Shown here in pieces: positions 18,859 to 27,317 of a stretch of 64,000 bases of DNA. This DNA is from Bacilli bacterium (GTDB lineage: Bacteria > Bacillota_I > Bacilli_A > RFN20 > CAG-826). Every line of letters begins with the position of its first letter. Within the stretch, counting starts at the first letter, position 1. Location: positions 3,747 to 67,746 of the forward strand of contig CAAFZT010000063.1 in the NCBI GenBank assembly GCA_900767605.1, given 5' to 3'. The notes under the pieces are model-generated. The model saw only the letters and a list, made by a program, of their open reading frames with translations. It had not been told where the DNA came from and searched no databases. The translations under genes were made by a program, and so were the position numbers.

Positions 18859-20772
18859 CTAAAAGCGACGTAACATGCGTTTAATGGCGTCGCGCGATTG
18901 ATTAAATTTGTTATCCCCGTATAAAGATGAGATCAAATCGAGGATATGTTCTAAGCCCGGCTTGACGTTATCTTCATAACGCCCTTCGAGCTTCGATAGA
19001 ATTTTGCGGGTTAAGAAGAAATCGAGAACCGTTTCTTTCTTGCCACCGCAGGCGATAAATACCGGGACCATCTTCTCCATCTGCATGAGGATACGGTTGC
19101 CAAAGGCGACCCCAAATTCATCATAGACGTAATCGGTGATTTGCTCGAATTTGGTTTCATCGGCTTCCGTTAAGGCATAATCCTTATTTGCTTCCGCTTC
19201 GTCGAATAAGGCGTGAAGCTTCGAAGCACTTAAAACGATGGGTTCGACTTCTTCTTTGGCAGCAAAAGCCGCGTTACGGTTATGGAAGGATAAGGTAATC
19301 GCACGGTCATAGACCTTATCGGCAATGGAGAAGGTCGAATCGTCTTGGTTCGCCGTTCCAATAAAATAGGCAGAGCCTGGAATATCGACTTTTCCGTCTT
19401 CGAGTTTTGCAGGTCCAACAAACCCTGTTGGGAAATGCATGACGCGGATCTTCCATTCGTCTTCTGGATATTCCAAGACGGAGAGGAAGTCTGCAAAATA
19501 ATATTCAACGCGGGAGATATTCATTTCATCCAAAACGAAGAGATAAATACGGTCCGGGTTGTAATTGGCTTCATAAAGATTCATCAAGAAGTCCGTCTCG
19601 CGGTAAGTTTTCGAGAAATCGTTAAAATAACCAATTAAGGCCGATTTATCTCTCCAAGTCGCTTGGACCGGGACGAAGACACTGACGCCTCCTACGAATT
19701 TAGCAAAGCTACGCGGGAGAGAGGATTTTCCAGTTCCCGATAGACCTTCAAGGATTTCTAGATGGGAAGCGGCTAAACCCGCGACAAAGAAACGAAGGGT
19801 GTCGGTATCGTAATAGAGTTTTTCTTTTCCTGCTAAGAAGGAACGGAATTTGGTGATTAATTCCGGCAAAGCGATATCATCCCCATGGATCGATTCAATC
19901 GCATAGCCTTCATAATGCTTATCGATTTTGCATAAAGAGGGGAAGACGATTTCTCTTTCTGCAAGGGCTTCGGCGGTGGCACCAGTTCCTGCTCCCCCAG
20001 CTCCTCCGCCTTCTACATTTTCTGCAGAGATTTGGCTCGAGACGCTTTGGAAGCCGTTATTCGTTTCGTCTCCCATCCCTTTGGCCACATCTTCGTTCCG
20101 GTCTTCTTCTTCCAAAGAATCGCCAACTTTAGCAAAGGGCTTACCAAGATGAACAAAGTTCACCAGGCAAAGCAATACAGCAGAAATCAAAACGGCGAAG
20201 AAGAGATAGAGCAATAAGCTAATTAAGAGGGATTCGCCAAGGAACGTCATGGCGTTGCCTAGATTCTCTTTTGTATGAGGGACTTGGAGGAGTAAACCAA
20301 ATCCAACGGAAAGAGCAAGGCAAACAAGGAGGGTTCCTACATACCAAAGCCAATTCTTCTTCGCGTACCATTTCTTGCCGTCTAGAATCGCGTGACGGTA
20401 TTCAAAGATAAAGGCAAAAACGAAGAGGCTGATAAAGATCGCGACGAGAACGTTTAACGTCTGTCCGCCCATATGGGCGTTAATCGCGGGTAATCCTAAG
20501 CTTTGACGGAGCAAGGCAATCGGGTTTTTAGAAGAAACAAGGCTCGATTCTCCTTCTCCGTGCACGGTGATGCAGATCCCGACGAAAATCATTAAGAAGG
20601 TGAAAAACATCGATAAACCGATGGAAATCAAATTTCCGCGGGTGAGATATTCCCTTCGAATTCCTTTCGTTGGCTTTTCTTTACTCTCGGGGGCTTTGGG
20701 AGCTTCTGGCTCTGCAACAGAATTCGCCGTTAACGAATCCATCCCGAGGTTTTCGTTTTCTTGAATGTCCAT
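18859..20772 (-). CDS. Membrane-anchored McrB-family AAA+ (AAA_5-like) NTPase
   Basis: Walker A 'GLSGTGKSS'. McrB-type Walker B 'FVLDEMNISRVEYYFADFLSVLE'. 'FIGTANQDDSTFSIADKVYDRA' resembles McrB 'NTADRS...D.AL.RRF'. About five N-terminal TM helices and a Gly-rich linker. Start is uncertain: 20772 has an AAAGGAA SD; 20793 and 20889 are also in frame. Confidence 0.7.
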   Translation of the reverse strand: MDIQENENLGMDSLTANSVAEPEAPKAPESKEKPTKGIRREYLTRGNLISIGLSMFFTFLMIFVGICITVHGEGESSLVSSKNPIALLRQSLGLPAINAHMGGQTLNVLVAIFISLFVFAFIFEYRHAILDGKKWYAKKNWLWYVGTLLVCLALSVGFGLLLQVPHTKENLGNAMTFLGESLLISLLLYLFFAVLISAVLLCLVNFVHLGKPFAKVGDSLEEEDRNEDVAKGMGDETNNGFQSVSSQISAENVEGGGAGGAGTGATAEALAEREIVFPSLCKIDKHYEGYAIESIHGDDIALPELITKFRSFLAGKEKLYYDTDTLRFFVAGLAASHLEILEGLSGTGKSSLPRSFAKFVGGVSVFVPVQATWRDKSALIGYFNDFSKTYRETDFLMNLYEANYNPDRIYLFVLDEMNISRVEYYFADFLSVLEYPEDEWKIRVMHFPTGFVGPAKLEDGKVDIPGSAYFIGTANQDDSTFSIADKVYDRAITLSFHNRNAAFAAKEEVEPIVLSASKLHALFDEAEANKDYALTEADETKFEQITDYVYDEFGVAFGNRILMQMEKMVPVFIACGGKKETVLDFFLTRKILSKLEGRYEDNVKPGLEHILDLISSLYGDNKFNQSRDAIKRMLRRF

Positions 20773-20785
20773 GGGGGTATTCCTT

Positions 20786-21910
20786 TCATTCATAATCTTT
20801 CGTCGTATCTTGGATTTCTTCTTCGTTATTTTGCTCTTCTTCATAACTCGAAGTATCCATGAGTTCTTCTTCTTGGATGGGGGTTTCACCCATCAAGAAG
20901 CTAGAGGAGGTTTCTTGGCCGTTAGAAGTGACGACCTTTTTGAGGTTATTGCCAAGGCCTGGGGCTTCTTCTTTAGAGAGGAAGCCCGCTTCATTGAAGT
21001 GATAAGCATAACCTCCATAATAGATGGTCTCGCGGAAAGCAGAACTTAGATTCTTCGGGTCTTTTTTGACGGAGACCGAATCAACAATCTCCGCTAACTT
21101 TTGAACCCGTTCTTCTTCCGCCTTGTCGATTTTTCCAGCGAGGTAATTAAACATCAAGATGCTATAAGCAACGGAGAGAATCGTGATGATGCCGTGGGGG
21201 GATTGGAAGAACATGACGAGCATTCCAATTCCTTGGACCTTCTTCCCGTTATAGACGCCTTTGATGTCGTCTAAGGTTGCGTAATATTGTTCTTGGCCGG
21301 CGTTATCTGTAGCGTTATTCGCATCTCCCCGAGTCACGTAACGGGTCACCCCGTCCGATCCGGTTTTGATATCAATCACGCGGTGGATATAAATCGCATT
21401 CGCCGCGGGATTCCGGTTATAGAAGGCCACAACATCATAGAGGTGGATGTCACTGGCTTCATGAACCTTCGTCACAAAGATCATGTCGTATTGGGCGAAT
21501 TGATTGTCTAACGTATAGGTCTTTTGCTTCTCTTCGTCGAATAGATAGCTATTCGCATCGTTTTTAAAGCTCATGGAGCCGGAAGCGACGACTAACATCG
21601 ATTCATTCCCAAATCCCGTTAAGTTCCCTTGGGCTTTGTTAATCAAAGCGAAGGCGAACGCGGGGGTGATTAAGGCTAAGAAACCATAGAACAATACGTT
21701 GGAGATAATCGTTCCGGCCTTCTTTCGTCTTTTGGCTTTGACGTCCTGCTCCGTGATTTCCCGGTCGATGAGTTCGATGTCGCGTTTCCCTTCTTTCGTC
21801 TCCTTCACGTTGGCTTTGACGTATTTGCCAAATAGAATTGTGAAGACGGCGCAGAAGCTCACAACACCCAGCAAACTCATCACCAGGCTGATGATGTCCG
21901 CGGATTTCAT
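20786..21910 (-). CDS. SipW-like (ER/archaeal-type, S26B) signal peptidase I with extra TM helix and acidic C-terminal tail
   Basis: 'VVASGSMSFKN' (SGSM Ser box), 'IYIHRVIDI' (His box), 'VTRGDANNATD' (GDNN-like box), 'IKGVYNGK'. It sits next to genes with SipW-class signals. Confidence 0.7.
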   Translation of the reverse strand: MKSADIISLVMSLLGVVSFCAVFTILFGKYVKANVKETKEGKRDIELIDREITEQDVKAKRRKKAGTIISNVLFYGFLALITPAFAFALINKAQGNLTGFGNESMLVVASGSMSFKNDANSYLFDEEKQKTYTLDNQFAQYDMIFVTKVHEASDIHLYDVVAFYNRNPAANAIYIHRVIDIKTGSDGVTRYVTRGDANNATDNAGQEQYYATLDDIKGVYNGKKVQGIGMLVMFFQSPHGIITILSVAYSILMFNYLAGKIDKAEEERVQKLAEIVDSVSVKKDPKNLSSAFRETIYYGGYAYHFNEAGFLSKEEAPGLGNNLKKVVTSNGQETSSSFLMGETPIQEEELMDTSSYEEEQNNEEEIQDTTKDYE

Positions 21911-21912
21911 AA

Positions 21913-22707
21913 CTAGTTGATCTCCGCGGTGAGGATCGCCGTGAAACTTAATTCTGGCAGGTCTTTTTCATCAGTTGGATAAGGTCCTTTGAAGTCTTTG
22001 CCATAATGAAGAAGCGTTGTGAAATTCTTCATCTCTTGGCGCATTGTTTCATCTGGGATCGAAGCCCCTCCGCCGGGATTAGCATCATCATAATAAATCG
22101 AGGGATTTACATGATTGAATTTCTCGCCCCACTTAAAACCAAGGGTCACATCAAAAGATTTGGAATCGTCTTTAGAATCCACAGCCCCAAGGGGGATTTC
22201 AACGGGATGGTTGATATAATCTGTAGAATTGTTGATGGGGGCTAATTCGATATAACCCGCTTCAATAGCATCTAAAATAGGATTCCCCTTATATCCTTCA
22301 TAAGCCGTCGCGGTTTGTAACTGCAACGTAACTCTAGAGATATAAGTCCAGGGCAGGACTTTGCCTTGGATACAAACCGTAAGATGTTCATAGAGGTTTT
22401 TCCCATCATCGAGATAACAGAAGCGACCCGCTTTATCGTCTTTGGGAGCATCAAAGCAAATGGTGTTATACAAATCGTCGTTGGTGGCTTTAAAGAAATC
22501 GGTCAATTGGCCTCCATCCGTCGATTCGAAGCGTACTTTGGCGTCTTGGATGACACCGATGTGGGCGTTGCCACCACTAGAGGCCGAGGCGGAACTCGTA
22601 ACTACGAAAGCCGCCGCTCCAACGGAGCAAAGCGAAACCACGGCGAAAACGGAGACACCGAGTGTCACCATTTTCTTGGTCTGTTTCTCCATCTTGGAGC
22701 GGCGCAT
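21913..22707 (-). CDS. Secreted protein, member 4 of the tandem 'GFAxW / FxWGxxF..NP..(F/Y)Y' family
   Basis: N-terminal helix '...CSVGAAAFVVTSSASASSGG'. C-terminal 'LGFKWGEKFNHVNPSIYYDD'. Confidence 0.6.
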   Translation of the reverse strand: MRRSKMEKQTKKMVTLGVSVFAVVSLCSVGAAAFVVTSSASASSGGNAHIGVIQDAKVRFESTDGGQLTDFFKATNDDLYNTICFDAPKDDKAGRFCYLDDGKNLYEHLTVCIQGKVLPWTYISRVTLQLQTATAYEGYKGNPILDAIEAGYIELAPINNSTDYINHPVEIPLGAVDSKDDSKSFDVTLGFKWGEKFNHVNPSIYYDDANPGGGASIPDETMRQEMKNFTTLLHYGKDFKGPYPTDEKDLPELSFTAILTAEIN

Positions 22708-22752
22708 CTAGTTCTAATTCCCCTCTTATATATTTATATAGATATAGAACAA

Positions 22753-23562
22753 TTAGGCGGCAGCGGCACCGGAGGTATCGGCGGTTACAACAACGACGAA
22801 GTTCAACGCAGAATAACCTGCTGCAATTTCATCGGGGGTCCCGGCTTCCTTGCCGGTAAGAGCCTTGTAGAACTTGTTCAAATCTTCTTTGTATTTATCC
22901 CCACCGTAATTCTTTGTTCCTGTTTTAGAATCATAGAATTCGGACGGGTTTAAATTTTTGTTGGTATCTTCCGTATCTTTAAAATGGTCGCCCCAAGCAA
23001 ACGAAATCGTATAGCTGAGCGTCGCTTTGCTCTTATCCGTAGCAACCGTGAGGGTCTTGCCTTCTTCGGCTATACCATTGGTGTCGAAGTCAACGCCGGC
23101 TTCGCCAAAGCAATCGGGAAGAACAATATATTTGTTCGGATCGGCAGCCGCTTCATTGAAACGAGTTTCCGCTTCGGCGCTGAACTCCGGATCAGCATCT
23201 TCCGAGGCGACGGTTCCCATGCGCAAAGCAATATTAAACTTATTGACCATATCAGGATTGGTGTATTCGCCCGAAACGGTAATGGAGAGATTCTCCCAGT
23301 TCTTGCCATCACAACGAACGCGCCCCGTCTTGTCGTCCCTCTTAGAATCGAAGGAGAATTTATCGGTGATCGGATTGACGGTCAATTTAATGGATTTATC
23401 AGAAACAACACCGACGTTAACGTTGCCTTGAACGTTTTTGGTTGCAGAGCTGGAGATAACCCAGGCTGCAAATCCAGTTGCCACAAGGGCAATGCCCGCA
23501 AAGGCAGTGGCCCCAACGACCATCGCTTTGCGTTGATAGGATTTTCTAGTTAATTTAGCCAT
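22753..23562 (-). CDS. Secreted protein, member 3 of the tandem family
   Basis: 'ALVATGFAAWVISSSATKNVQGNVNVGVV'. C-terminal 'ISFAWGDHFKD...NLNPSEFYDS'. Confidence 0.65.
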   Translation of the reverse strand: MAKLTRKSYQRKAMVVGATAFAGIALVATGFAAWVISSSATKNVQGNVNVGVVSDKSIKLTVNPITDKFSFDSKRDDKTGRVRCDGKNWENLSITVSGEYTNPDMVNKFNIALRMGTVASEDADPEFSAEAETRFNEAAADPNKYIVLPDCFGEAGVDFDTNGIAEEGKTLTVATDKSKATLSYTISFAWGDHFKDTEDTNKNLNPSEFYDSKTGTKNYGGDKYKEDLNKFYKALTGKEAGTPDEIAAGYSALNFVVVVTADTSGAAAA

Positions 23563-23581
23563 AACAGCAACGACTCCTTAA

Positions 23582-24322
23582 TTATTTTCTAACAATGTCA
23601 ACGCCAATCGCGAAGCCAACTTCATTGACCTTGAACAATTCGTGAATGCAGAAGACCGCATCGTCCGCCCAGGTATAAGGATCTTCAGCTTTCTTGGATT
23701 CGGGTCTGCTATTAACCGGCATGGTGGTCGAACCATCCGTGTCGCCATTGTTGTAGAATTCCAAAGGATTCTTATCGCCAAAGTGGGTTCCCCATTTAAA
23801 CGTAACCGTCATTTTGACAGTGGTCCCCGCGGCAGCAAGCTTATATGCGCCGCCTTCAGGTGTATCAAATTTGACCTCGGGTTCGGCAGCAACCAATCCA
23901 AGGGTTTTGGCGTTGGTCCAATTATCAGCGCCAGCCGTTAATTTAAATTTGTTCTCGCCCGTTTGTTGTGCAACGGTAAATGTGCCCGTGTCGCCGTCAT
24001 CTTTTGATTTAACCGTAAAGGTATACACGATTTCCAATTGCTCGGCTTTTTCGCCTTCGCCGGAGGAAAAACTAAACCAATTGTTAGTAAGTCCCGTCTT
24101 GTTATTGGTTCCGAAAACGATTTCGCCATTGCCATCGCCATTTGCCTTGTCCCAGGTTCCGCCTTCAACAACCAAGCGATGGTCGGCGACGTCAAAAGCC
24201 GTCACAACACCAGACGCGCTGGTGGTAGCATTTGCCGAGATAACCCAGCCTGCAAAGCCGGTACCGATGAGGGCCATGGATCCGAGGCTAGCCACGGCCA
24301 TGATCATTGCTTTTTTCTTCAT
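23582..24322 (-). CDS. Secreted protein, member 2 of the tandem family
   Basis: 'ALIGTGFAGWVISANATTSASGVV'. C-terminal 'VTFKWGTHFGDKNPLEFYNN'. Confidence 0.65.
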   Translation of the reverse strand: MKKKAMIMAVASLGSMALIGTGFAGWVISANATTSASGVVTAFDVADHRLVVEGGTWDKANGDGNGEIVFGTNNKTGLTNNWFSFSSGEGEKAEQLEIVYTFTVKSKDDGDTGTFTVAQQTGENKFKLTAGADNWTNAKTLGLVAAEPEVKFDTPEGGAYKLAAAGTTVKMTVTFKWGTHFGDKNPLEFYNNGDTDGSTTMPVNSRPESKKAEDPYTWADDAVFCIHELFKVNEVGFAIGVDIVRK

Positions 24323-24375
24323 GATTTTTTTACTCCTTTTAAATATTTATAAACTAATGAAGGAAACTAATTTAA

Positions 24376-25140
24376 TTACTTCGCCGAAACGGTGAACGAG
24401 TGGGTGAAGCCTGCGCCAGTAAGCGTTTTTAATTTTGCGATCTTTTCACTTGCATCGGCTCCATGACTAGCTTTCGTTTTGGTACCGTCGTTGTAATAGT
24501 CCATTGGGTTCTTGTGATTGAATGCGGCGCCCCAAGCAAACCCGATAGAGAATTTGATAGTCAACGTTTGCTCCGTCGGGAGTTTATTGACTTTCAGCGT
24601 AGCTTGATTGTTCGCAGCGCTAACCTCAAACTTGTTGCCAGTCTCTGTTTTGCTAATGGTTATATAACCGGAATCCGTACTCGTAGAATCTTTCAGCGTC
24701 GGTAACGCACCCACAACACCGGAAGTTTCGCCCTTGTCCATCAACGTAGAATAGGTGGAACCCGTTTCGACAAATGAGATGTCCGAAACGCTGATGGTTG
24801 TAACGTTCGTATATTTGACAACGAACGTGTATTCCGCTTTAAGGTCTTCCTTATTCGCCTCATTGGTGCCAAGATCGGCGGTCAACCATCCGTTCGGTTT
24901 GGAGGCAGCATTCGCGCCAAAGACAATTTTGGCGTCGCCATCAGCGCCAGTTCCAAACCCTGTGCCTTCGGTAACTTTTTCCAGTCCAAGCGTGGTAACG
25001 TCGCCATCCGCTGTAATGGATCCGCTTCCTTCTCCTTTCTGAGACGGGGCGCCAATAATCCACCCTGCAAAGCCGGTGGAAATCACGCCGATGGACCCTA
25101 GCAGGGAAATGCCTGCTACAGCCATTTTTTTGTTTTTCAT
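24376..25140 (-). CDS. Secreted protein, member 1 (promoter-proximal) of the tandem family
   Basis: I chose the start at M33 (MKNKKMAVAG...), preceded by AAAGGGGA. 'VISTGFAGWIIGAPSQKGEGSG'. C-terminal 'IGFAWGAAFNHKNPMDYYND'. Confidence 0.65.
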   Translation of the reverse strand: MKNKKMAVAGISLLGSIGVISTGFAGWIIGAPSQKGEGSGSITADGDVTTLGLEKVTEGTGFGTGADGDAKIVFGANAASKPNGWLTADLGTNEANKEDLKAEYTFVVKYTNVTTISVSDISFVETGSTYSTLMDKGETSGVVGALPTLKDSTSTDSGYITISKTETGNKFEVSAANNQATLKVNKLPTEQTLTIKFSIGFAWGAAFNHKNPMDYYNDGTKTKASHGADASEKIAKLKTLTGAGFTHSFTVSAK

Positions 25141-25157
25141 GTTATTCCCCTTTATTG

Positions 25158-25227
25158 ATAGGTCGTGTGTATGCGCGGTTTCTTCTTCGATAGGAATGAA
25201 GAAAATACGCGTACACACGAGACCTAT
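25158..25227 (-). promoter_or_regulatory. Long imperfect hairpin in the 5' leader of the supra-operon
   Basis: The arms ATAGGTCTCGTGTGTACGCG and CGCGCATACACACGACCTAT (minus-strand reading) give about 18 bp with two bulges. They enclose a TTCTTC/GAAGAA hairpin. The structure ends about 10 nt before the SD of 24376..25140. Confidence 0.5.
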
Positions 25228-25360
25228 TGTACTCATGGAACGCCAAAAAAATGCTAAAGATAGTCCAAATACGAGAATAAAAAATTAAAAGTCCGATTCC
25301 ATCGGGTCTTTTGACGGGAACTTTTAAGACAAAAGTAAGGAAAAAACTCGAATTCCTTTT

Positions 25361-26194
25361 TTAAATGCCTTTGGCCTTGTACCAAAGGATGGCCGCGACA
25401 AGGATCGCGACGATATAACCGAGGGCGAATAAGCAATCGATATAGAAATGAATCTCGTTATAACGGGTCTTCTTAAAGACGAAGGGGACGACGTTAAATA
25501 ATACCATCGGGATAAATAATCCAAGTAACCCGTACCAGGAGGGTTGCTTTAATTGAACAACGGCAAAGCAGCTTAGAATAATCCCGGTGACTCCTAATAC
25601 CATCAAGATGATATAGAAACCGAGTAACCAGGGTTTGGATTCTTTCTTGGGTTCAGGTTGAACTACTTCTACTTGCTCCTTGGTTTGTGGGGCGAGTTCT
25701 AGTAATAACGATTCAATCCGTTGCTGGATTTCGGGTTTGGCTTTGCTAAACCCTTTGGAGGCTTTCGCGGCCAAGAAGCAATCATAGGCTTCTAGGCGTT
25801 TCGAGGCGTCGTTATAGAGCCATAATCCAAGGTTATAGGCACTGAAGAAATCCCCCGCTTCTTTGCCTAAACGAGCATATTCCATGGCTTTATTTTCATC
25901 CTTGGATGTACCGAGTCCTTTTTTATAGCAAAGCGAAACATAGTTATAGCTTTGGGGGACTTTATGTTCAGCGGCGTTTAGAAAGCATACGAATGCTTTC
26001 TCGTTATTCCGTTTATCAAACTGATAGATTTTGCCGGCATAGAGATATCCATTGGGATCCCCACATTCGGCTTCCTTTAAAAAGCATTCGATGGCTTTGT
26101 CTTTATCCACGGTTCCTTCTGAACCGGAATCAAAAGCAATCCCTGCTTTCTTGTATTCGTTCGCCTGCTCGGAAATCGCCATGGAGTCCATCAA
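25361..26194 (-). CDS. Sel1/TPR-like repeat protein with C-terminal TM helices
   Basis: Repeated Sel1-like units such as 'AECGDPNGYLYAGKIYQ', 'AAEHKVPQSYNYVSLCYKKGLGTSKDENKAMEY', 'GKEAGDFFSAYNLGLWLY'. Three hydrophobic helices at the C-terminus. Confidence 0.7.
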   Translation of the reverse strand: MMDSMAISEQANEYKKAGIAFDSGSEGTVDKDKAIECFLKEAECGDPNGYLYAGKIYQFDKRNNEKAFVCFLNAAEHKVPQSYNYVSLCYKKGLGTSKDENKAMEYARLGKEAGDFFSAYNLGLWLYNDASKRLEAYDCFLAAKASKGFSKAKPEIQQRIESLLLELAPQTKEQVEVVQPEPKKESKPWLLGFYIILMVLGVTGIILSCFAVVQLKQPSWYGLLGLFIPMVLFNVVPFVFKKTRYNEIHFYIDCLFALGYIVAILVAAILWYKAKGI

Positions 26195-26744
26195 CCTTTC
26201 GTTTTCTTTCTAAAAAGCAAACTTAGTTTATCGCGCATTCCTTTATGAAGAAAGCAAAATCGGCTTTTTAGGCCTGTTTAGAGGGGGTGGGGCATATCCT
26301 TTTGTCGCTTACGCTATAGTCTTATAACCCTTTCGGGCATAAGTTCCGTTTTAATACGATAGACCCCATCAAGACAAAAGAACATCGCCCATCGATATTC
26401 TTTCCGCTTTTCATCCGCCAAAATCATGCTTTTTCTTTCTTCACCCAAATATCGATCTATCGAATCCGGCCATTTCACGGCCTTCCCCATCGACAATCAT
26501 GATGAGATGAACCTCCTCCGCACGTCCGTGCAACTCCTAAAAACACGCACCAAATACGGTCAAAATAATGAAGTTGGTTTTCGATAGACCTGTAGGACTT
26601 ACGGTGCAACGGGTAAAAAGGAACCCTTTCATTAGAACACAATGGAGCAAATAGGCATTTTATAAATTCTATCGACGATAGGAATTCACTCAAAAGCCAC
26701 TATCCGAGGATGGCATTTGCTTTTTCCATCCAATTTCCAAACGA

Positions 26745-26933
26745 TTAATCTTTGGCTTTCCAATACCTGGATTTATTCGACCCCATCCTTTCTATCAACC
26801 CCTTATTTTTCAAATGCTCCATCGTTCTATCGATGGTTGTTCTTCCGACATGCAGTTCTTTGGCCATTTGGGGCTTCGTTGCATTCGGATTGTCTCTTAT
26901 TAGATGGGGAACCTTGACGTAATAATCGGGCAT
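26745..26933 (-). CDS. Stand-alone wHTH, equivalent to the C-terminal module of the AlbA_2-type proteins (possible gene remnant)
   Basis: 'LIRDNPNATKPQMAKELHVGRTTIDRTMEHLKNKGLIERMGSNKSRYWKAK' parallels 'LIRDNPNITRPRLMVEL...FLKKSGYIQRVGSNKKGYWETLK' in 37352..38000. Confidence 0.5.
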   Translation of the reverse strand: MPDYYVKVPHLIRDNPNATKPQMAKELHVGRTTIDRTMEHLKNKGLIERMGSNKSRYWKAKD

Positions 26934-26953
26934 CTCTTTTTTATCACCCCACT

Positions 26954-26983
26954 GAGTTTTATCACCATGGGGTGATAAAACTC
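26954..26983. promoter_or_regulatory. Perfect 13-bp palindrome (operator-like) upstream of 26745..26933
   Basis: GAGTTTTATCACC-ATGG-GGTGATAAAACTC. An extra direct copy, TTTTATCACC, sits at 26939-26948. Confidence 0.5.
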
Positions 26984-27267
26984 AATTCATCTCCCGTCGC
27001 TAGTTAGCAAATGTGCGAAACACTTTAAGCGCTTAGGACCTCCTCGTCTCCCCCGAATCGTCCATCTGTTGCCGTCGTTGTTTATCCTCTTTTGCAGCGC
27101 GACAAGGCAATCATCGTCGCAAGCAGGGTCACACCGCTTGAGGCGTTTGGAGAAAAAGGCAATCAAGTAGCAAGTGAAAAGCTAAACTCCTCCGCCCCCC
27201 TCACCCCGCCATGGAACAGAACTTGGAATTCGTTCTTATCATCCATTTCCTATAAAAATTGAGTTTG

Positions 27268-27314
27268 CTCACAATTTAGGCTATATTTTGTGAGTAAACA
27301 GAAAGGATTGTGAG
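27268..27314 (+). promoter_or_regulatory. Fic promoter region with CTCACAA/TTGTGAG repeats
   Basis: CTCACAA (27268), TTGTGAG (27288) and TTGTGAG (27308) bracket a TATATT -10-like hexamer (27282-27287) and the SD. Confidence 0.35.
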
Positions 27315-27317
27315 AAA

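Noticed and set aside
17510-20889. Reading the NTPase and partner as an ordinary McrBC-type restriction system.
   Set aside because: The NTPase has a polytopic membrane N-terminus instead of a DNA-binding domain, and I found no PD-(D/E)XK triad in the partner. The pair is translationally coupled to an ABC exporter and a signal peptidase, and the arrangement recurs next to secreted-protein genes. A defence role cannot be fully excluded without profile or structure searches.
22366-24395. Long plus-strand ORFs (22366..22953, 22984..23553, 23814..24395 and others) antisense to the tandem paralog genes. Similar ones occur at 9003..9500, 45323..46093 and 46433..46945.
   Set aside because: Their products are low-complexity and motif-free. 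They lie entirely inside well-supported minus-strand genes that have signals, paralogs and SD sites. They are shadow ORFs produced by the codon composition of the real genes.
25290-25320. Terminator after the Sel1-repeat gene (CCGAT-GGA-ATCGG followed by a U-rich run on the minus strand).
   Set aside because: The stem is only 5 bp, which is too weak to call. Whether the Sel1 gene is transcriptionally separate from the supra-operon remains open.
26314-26693. Small minus-strand ORFs 26314..26496 and 26475..26693 as genes or a frameshifted pseudogene.
   Set aside because: No recognisable motifs, SD sites or paralogs in the window. There is not enough evidence for either reading.
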